Shown here: piece by piece, positions 60,327-64,000 of the stretch
Layout: each line of letters starts with the position of its first letter
How positions within the stretch are numbered: the first letter of the stretch is position 1
Virus record (IMG/VR): IMGVR_UViG_3300043410_001471
Coordinates: 181,437-245,436 of that record
Length of the DNA stretch: 64,000 bases
Strand: one strand, 5' to 3'
The notes under the pieces: model-generated
The model's input: the letters and a program-made list of their open reading frames with translations, nothing else
Database searches by the model: none
What the model was told of the DNA's origin: nothing
Position numbers and translations under genes: made by a program

Positions 60327-60485
60327 ATGAAAACTCTTAACATACATACAAATTGTTCATTAGCGGCTCAAAGAAATGAGTGGCAAGGGCTTGGTATGTT
60401 TAGTACGATAGCAAATCCGGCAGTCTTGAATTTAGGCAAGGTGGATTATATTGGAAAAAAGTTAAGGGACACTGATGTAGGATAG
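60327..60485 (+). CDS. 52-aa possible leader peptide
   Basis: MKTLNIHTNCSLAAQRNEWQGLGMFSTIANPAVLNLGKVDYIGKKLRDTDVG, followed by a terminator. Confidence 0.45.
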   Translation: MKTLNIHTNCSLAAQRNEWQGLGMFSTIANPAVLNLGKVDYIGKKLRDTDVG

Positions 60486-60517
60486 TAGTGTAAGATTTAG
60501 ATAAAAGATATTTAAAG

Positions 60518-60556
60518 AACCCCTTAACTAATTAAAAAAAGTTAAGGGGTTTTTTG
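60518..60556 (+). terminator. Rho-independent terminator immediately before tRNA-Asn
   Basis: AACCCCTTAAC/GTTAAGGGGTT 11-bp stem + T-run. Confidence 0.85.
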
Positions 60557-60560
60557 TTTT

Positions 60561-60632
60561 GGGATGGTAGCTCAGAGGCAGAGCAGATGACTGTTAATCA
60601 TCAGGTCGAGATTTCGAAATTCTCCCTTCCCT
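60561..60632 (+). tRNA. tRNA-Asn(GTT)
   Basis: Cloverleaf, GATGA-CTGTTAA-TCATC; single mismatches in the acceptor and T stems. Confidence 0.8.
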
Positions 60633-60638
60633 CAAAAT

Positions 60639-60716
60639 AGAAGATTAGCTCAGTCGGTTCAGAGCAATTCGTTTACACCGAATAGGTCATAGGTTCGAAT
60701 CCTATATCTTCTACCA
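60639..60716 (+). tRNA. tRNA-Val(TAC), CCA encoded
   Basis: Canonical cloverleaf. Confidence 0.93.
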
Positions 60717-60722
60717 TTTAAC

Positions 60723-60804
60723 GCCGACGTCGCATAGTGGCAATTGCAAGGGACTGTAAATCCCTCCTCTTCGGAGTTCGTAGGTTCGAGTCCTACCGGC
60801 GGCA
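60723..60804 (+). tRNA. tRNA-Tyr(GTA)
   Basis: AGGGA-CTGTAAA-TCCCT, long variable arm. Confidence 0.92.
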
Positions 60805-60810
60805 CAAAAT

Positions 60811-60883
60811 GGAGCTTTGGTATAGCTGGTGCGTACGCTAGTCTGAAGAACTAGAGGATAAGGTTCGATTCCTTGAGGCTCCA
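60811..60883 (+). tRNA. tRNA-Phe(GAA)
   Basis: CTAGT-CTGAAGA-ACTAG. Confidence 0.9.
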
Positions 60884-60978
60884 CAATGAATTGGCTAAGA
60901 CATCGTAAAATCGATGGGTGGTGATTCCGAATTTATTTGTGAGCCACTTAAACACTGATAGCAATGTCAATTCAATTT

Positions 60979-61052
60979 GAACTCGTAGCTCAGTCGGTTA
61001 GAGCACCTCACTTTTAATGAGGGAGTCAATGGTTCGAGTCCATTCGGGTTCA
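60979..61052 (+). tRNA. tRNA-Lys(TTT)
   Basis: CCTCA-CTTTTAA-TGAGG. Confidence 0.93.
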
Positions 61053-61107
61053 CATAGTAGTTTTGAGGTTGGCGAATTCTACTTTAAAAAAATAATCCAT
61101 CCACCAT

Positions 61108-61180
61108 AGGGTAGTTGACTAATGGTTAAGTCACTTGCTTTGGGAGCAAGACGATGGAGGTTCGAGTCCTCTCTACCCTA
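61108..61180 (+). tRNA. tRNA-Pro(TGG)
   Basis: CTTGC-TTTGGGA-GCAAG. Confidence 0.9.
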
Positions 61181-61186
61181 CAACAC

Positions 61187-61260
61187 TGGTAGTTAGCTCA
61201 TTTGGTTAGAGCATCTCGCTGATACCGAGAAGGTGGCAGGTTCGAATCCCGCACTACCAA
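61187..61260 (+). tRNA. tRNA-Ile(GAT)
   Basis: TCTCG-CTGATAC-CGAGA. Confidence 0.9.
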
Positions 61261-61338
61261 CAATACGAATCAACCGGGTGGCTGAAACCTGACTAGTAGT
61301 GGAGAATACCCACAACCCGGTCAATGTTCGTATTAACT

Positions 61339-61409
61339 ATGGGTATGGTGCAATGGTAGCATACCGGTCTCCAAAACCGATGATGTGGGTTCGAATCCTA
61401 CTACCCGTG
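61339..61409 (+). tRNA. tRNA-Trp(CCA)
   Basis: CTCCAAA loop, G73. Confidence 0.88.
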
Positions 61410-61471
61410 CTAAATGATAAAACTATGAAACAATTATTTGACAAGCATTAGGTAACAAAACCTAATGTATT

Positions 61472-61675
61472 ATGACAAACAAAGAGTATCGAGTAAAACG
61501 AATGAAGCAATCGTATGATTATTGCTACATTTGTCAGAAAAGAAACGGGAGTTGGTATTATGATTGTTCGCCCACATTTGTATATGGTAGACATGGAAGT
61601 GGGAAACCAATTGAATCATTCAAAGTAAGAAGATTCAGAAGTTGGAAATACAATCGTAAAACTCAATGGAAGTAA
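61472..61675 (+). CDS. Small basic Cys-containing protein within the tRNA array
   Basis: CYIC; C-terminal RSWKYNRKTQWK. Confidence 0.65.
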   Translation: MTNKEYRVKRMKQSYDYCYICQKRNGSWYYDCSPTFVYGRHGSGKPIESFKVRRFRSWKYNRKTQWK

Positions 61676-61679
61676 AGTT

Positions 61680-61751
61680 GGTTCTATGGTGTAATGGATA
61701 GCACTCTTCACTACGGATGAAGCAGTTTGGGTTCGAATCCTAATAGAACTA
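61680..61751 (+). tRNA. tRNA-Arg(ACG)
   Basis: CTTCA-CTACGGA-TGAAG. Confidence 0.9.
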
Positions 61752-61759
61752 CATTAAAT

Positions 61760-61831
61760 GTCAGGTTGGCCGAGTTGGTTAGGCGGAGGACTGCAAATCC
61801 TTTTACATTGGTTCGAATCCAATACGTGACT
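61760..61831 (+). tRNA. tRNA-Cys(GCA)
   Basis: GAGGA-CTGCAAA-TCCTT, U73. Confidence 0.9.
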
Positions 61832-61839
61832 CGATAAAG

Positions 61840-61886
61840 GATACTGGTTGTATCGCCTGACGAGGAGAGTGTGGTTCGATTCCACA
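61840..61886 (+). pseudogene. tRNA-like fragment without acceptor stem
   Basis: GATAC-TGGTT-GTATC hairpin and perfect T-arm TGTGG-TTCGATT-CCACA. Confidence 0.45.
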
Positions 61887-61890
61887 AAAC

Positions 61891-61960
61891 TGCATGGCTT
61901 AGTGGAAAAGAGTTATCTCTCATAAGGATGACCAAATGAGTTCGAACCTCATACATGCAA
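61891..61960 (+). tRNA. Atypical tRNA(CAT)
   Basis: TGCATG/CATGCA acceptor, extended 7-bp anticodon stem, shortened 8-9 connector. Confidence 0.5.
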
Positions 61961-61965
61961 CATAT

Positions 61966-62042
61966 GGTGTTTATAGTGTCAGCGGTTAGCACTTCAGTTT
62001 GTGGTACTGATAGCATGGGTTCGAATCCCATTAAACACCCCA
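61966..62042 (+). tRNA. tRNA-His(GTG), G-1:C73 and CCA encoded
   Basis: 8-bp acceptor, TTGTGGT loop. Confidence 0.93.
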
Positions 62043-62044
62043 AT

Positions 62045-62130
62045 AGAGAGTTACCCAAGTTGGTGAAGGGGCTTGTTTGCTAAACAAGTAGGATGTAAAA
62101 GTCGCAAGGGTTCGAACCCCTTACTCTCTA
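62045..62130 (+). tRNA. tRNA-Ser(GCT)
   Basis: CTTGT-TTGCTAA-ACAAG, long variable arm. Confidence 0.9.
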
Positions 62131-62139
62131 CGGAAACAC

Positions 62140-62214
62140 ACCCGTATGGCGGAATTGGAATACGCAGTGGCTTTAGACACCACACAATTGAAGGTTCGAG
62201 TCCTTCTATGGGTA
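62140..62214 (+). tRNA. tRNA-Leu(TAG), short variable region
   Basis: ACCCGTA/TATGGGT acceptor; loop TT-TAG-AC; lacks the usual long arm. Confidence 0.75.
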
Positions 62215-62231
62215 CAATAAATAACAATGAT

Positions 62232-62687
62232 ATGGTTTATAGAAAACTACATGATGGAACAAAAGTTGAATTAGAAACATATATCGCTGAATATATGAAT
62301 GAACATGAAGGAGTTGAAATACTAATTGGATGTGATTCACAAAACTTCAGAGATAAAACTATCTATGCGATTGTTGTAGCATTATATACGCCAGGTAGAG
62401 GAGCGCATGTATTGTATAATCGGTGGAATGCACCGAGAGAGTACACTCGTTCAGTAAGATTATTAAATGAAGTTTGGTTTGCAGTTGAAGTAGCAGAAGA
62501 ATTACGAAATGCCGGAGTTCAAAAAGCAACTTGGATTGATGTGGATTTAAATCCAGACCCTAAATACAAATCTAATGAAGTGTTCAGACAAGCAGTAGGT
62601 ATGGTTGAAGGTATGGGTTATAATGTACGATACAAAACTTTAGGTCCAATCGCAACATATTGTGCGGACCATTTAGTAAAAATGTAG
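62232..62687 (+). CDS. YkuK/DUF458 RNase H-like protein
   Basis: ILIGCDSQ, RLLNEVW, IDVD, ADH; ATG 62232 (the ORF-track extension overlaps tRNAs). Confidence 0.85.
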   Translation: MVYRKLHDGTKVELETYIAEYMNEHEGVEILIGCDSQNFRDKTIYAIVVALYTPGRGAHVLYNRWNAPREYTRSVRLLNEVWFAVEVAEELRNAGVQKATWIDVDLNPDPKYKSNEVFRQAVGMVEGMGYNVRYKTLGPIATYCADHLVKM

Positions 62688-62773
62688 AAAATAAATATAT
62701 AGAATTAGTTGACATTATAAAAAACTTTTCGTATATTTGTAATGTTCTTTGAAATAATGGTTTAGTAAGTAAC

Positions 62774-62847
62774 GCTCCGTTGGACAAATCGGTTAAGTCG
62801 CATCCCTTTCACGGATGAGATTAGGGGTTCGAGCCCCCTACGGAGTA
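62774..62847 (+). tRNA. tRNA-Glu(TTC)
   Basis: CATCC-CTTTCAC-GGATG. Confidence 0.93.
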
Positions 62848-62955
62848 CAACTCACATATCAAACACTTTAATTCGGTCAAGCCACATTGAGCCGTTAGTA
62901 TGTGAATAGGTAAGAGAGAGGTGGTGGCTGGTACATCTCTCTTACTACAACTTTT

Positions 62956-63028
62956 GCCTCCGTAGCTCATTTGGTAGAGCAGCTGATTTGTAATCAGCAG
63001 GTGGTTGGTTCGAGCCCGACCGGAGGCT
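62956..63028 (+). tRNA. tRNA-Thr(TGT)
   Basis: GCTGA-TTTGTAA-TCAGC. Confidence 0.93.
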
Positions 63029-63163
63029 CAATGATTACTGAAATTGAATGATACGAGCCCCGAAAGTTCGAAATGAGTCAATTGGTAATCATAGAGTGGA
63101 TTCATCAGTTGATGAAAACCAATCGGGGGTTGTCCCACTAGAATGGAAACATCCCCTGCAATC

Positions 63164-63237
63164 GGTACTTTGGTGTAGAGGCCTAACATGCTTCCCTGTC
63201 ACGGAAGAGACCACGGGTTCGAATCCCGTAAGTACCG
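63164..63237 (+). tRNA. tRNA-Asp(GTC)
   Basis: CTTCC-CTGTCAC-GGAAG, G73. Confidence 0.93.
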
Positions 63238-63426
63238 CGAAACCTGTTTTGATGGTAAATCCCAACATAATCCATCATCGTATAAGGGGTTGGGCAGATT
63301 GAGAAGCTGTCTTCGCTACGAAAGCGGAAAATATCTACAAATAAGATGAATAGAACACACTTTTGAGTTAGTGGCATGCTAAAGGTTCTCATCTGGTACA
63401 CAAGACCAGAGTTCATCTTATTATTT

Positions 63427-63500
<74 letters not shown>

Positions 63501-63512
63501 CATTAGAGTAAT

Positions 63513-63597
63513 GCTCGGGTGGTGTAATGGTAGCCACGAGGGACTTAAAATCCCTTGAACCGAAAGGTTCGTGCCGGTTCGAGTCCGGCCCCGAGTA
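63513..63597 (+). tRNA. tRNA-Leu(TAA)
   Basis: AGGGA-CTTAAAA-TCCCT, long variable arm. Confidence 0.93.
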
Positions 63598-63604
63598 CTG
63601 AAAC

Positions 63605-63677
63605 GGGGGTATGGTATAGTTGGCTAACACACTTGCCTTGCACGCAGGAATCCAGAGTTCGAATCTCTGTACCTCCA
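63605..63677 (+). tRNA. tRNA-Ala(TGC)
   Basis: G3.U70, CTTGCAC loop. Confidence 0.9.
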
Positions 63678-63729
63678 CTATCGTTGAAATATACGATAAA
63701 AACTATTATCGTTCATAATAACGATATTC

Positions 63730-63803
63730 GGACTTGTAGCTCAGTCGGTTAGAGCACCGCACTCATAATGCGTAGGTCGTTGGTTCGAGCCCAGCCTGGT
63801 CCA
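63730..63803 (+). tRNA. tRNA(CAT), elongator Met or Ile2
   Basis: CTCATAA loop, paired G1-C72. Confidence 0.88.
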
Positions 63804-63808
63804 CATAA

Positions 63809-63880
63809 GCAGATATCGTATAATGGTTATTACTCTAGCCTTCCAAGCCTGAGATGTCAGTTCGATTCTGACTATCTGCT
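63809..63880 (+). tRNA. tRNA-Gly(TCC), canonical loop
   Basis: GCAGATA/TATCTGC-T; CT-TCC-AA loop; two mismatches in the anticodon stem. Confidence 0.8.
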
Positions 63881-63961
63881 CAACTCAAGTACCCATACCG
63901 CTAACGATGGGCTAAGTAAGATACAATTCCGTACTGCGGGGAGTAGAATGCTTGAGATTAT

Positions 63962-64000
63962 TGCCCGATGGTGTAGCGGTAGCACAAATGTTTTTGGTGC
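63962..64000 (+). tRNA. tRNA-Gln(TTG), truncated by the window end
   Basis: TGCCCGA-TG-GTGT..GCAC D-arm, TT-TTG-GT loop. Confidence 0.7.

Noticed and set aside
62073-62231. N-terminal extension of the YkuK-like ORF
   Set aside because: Overlaps tRNA-Ser and tRNA-Leu; ATG 62232 gives a normal-length protein

Overview
64-kb segment of a large, AT-rich, tailed dsDNA (jumbo-type) phage genome; no capsid or terminase gene is in the window, so phage identity is inferred from gene content. The host is most likely Bacteroidota: there are repeated TAnnTTTG '-7' promoters, no Shine-Dalgarno motifs, six signal peptides followed by Gln, an Oar/SusC-like TonB-dependent receptor and DUF4494. Essentially all genes are on the + strand in the standard code. 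Layout: (1-13.4 kb) glycosyltransferase + DUF4338 + family-B DNA polymerase, sliding clamp, MazG, clamp loader, radical SAM and PD-(D/E)XK nuclease; (13.7-24.3 kb) glycan-synthesis cluster; (24.3-41.6 kb) mixed block with HAD, HddA-like kinase, histone-like protein, TonB receptor, GroEL, ferredoxin, GH19 endolysin and ThyA; (41.7-50.9 kb) cluster of secreted, lipoprotein and CsgG-like genes; (51-58.2 kb) nuclease, early-type genes, tmRNA and putative capsid-targeted proteins; (58.2-64 kb) RNA region with an ~870-nt GOLLD-like structured RNA, 25 complete tRNAs plus 1 partial covering all 20 amino acids, and several unassigned pseudoknotted RNAs between the tRNAs. All protein assignments are motif recognition by eye; no database searches were run.
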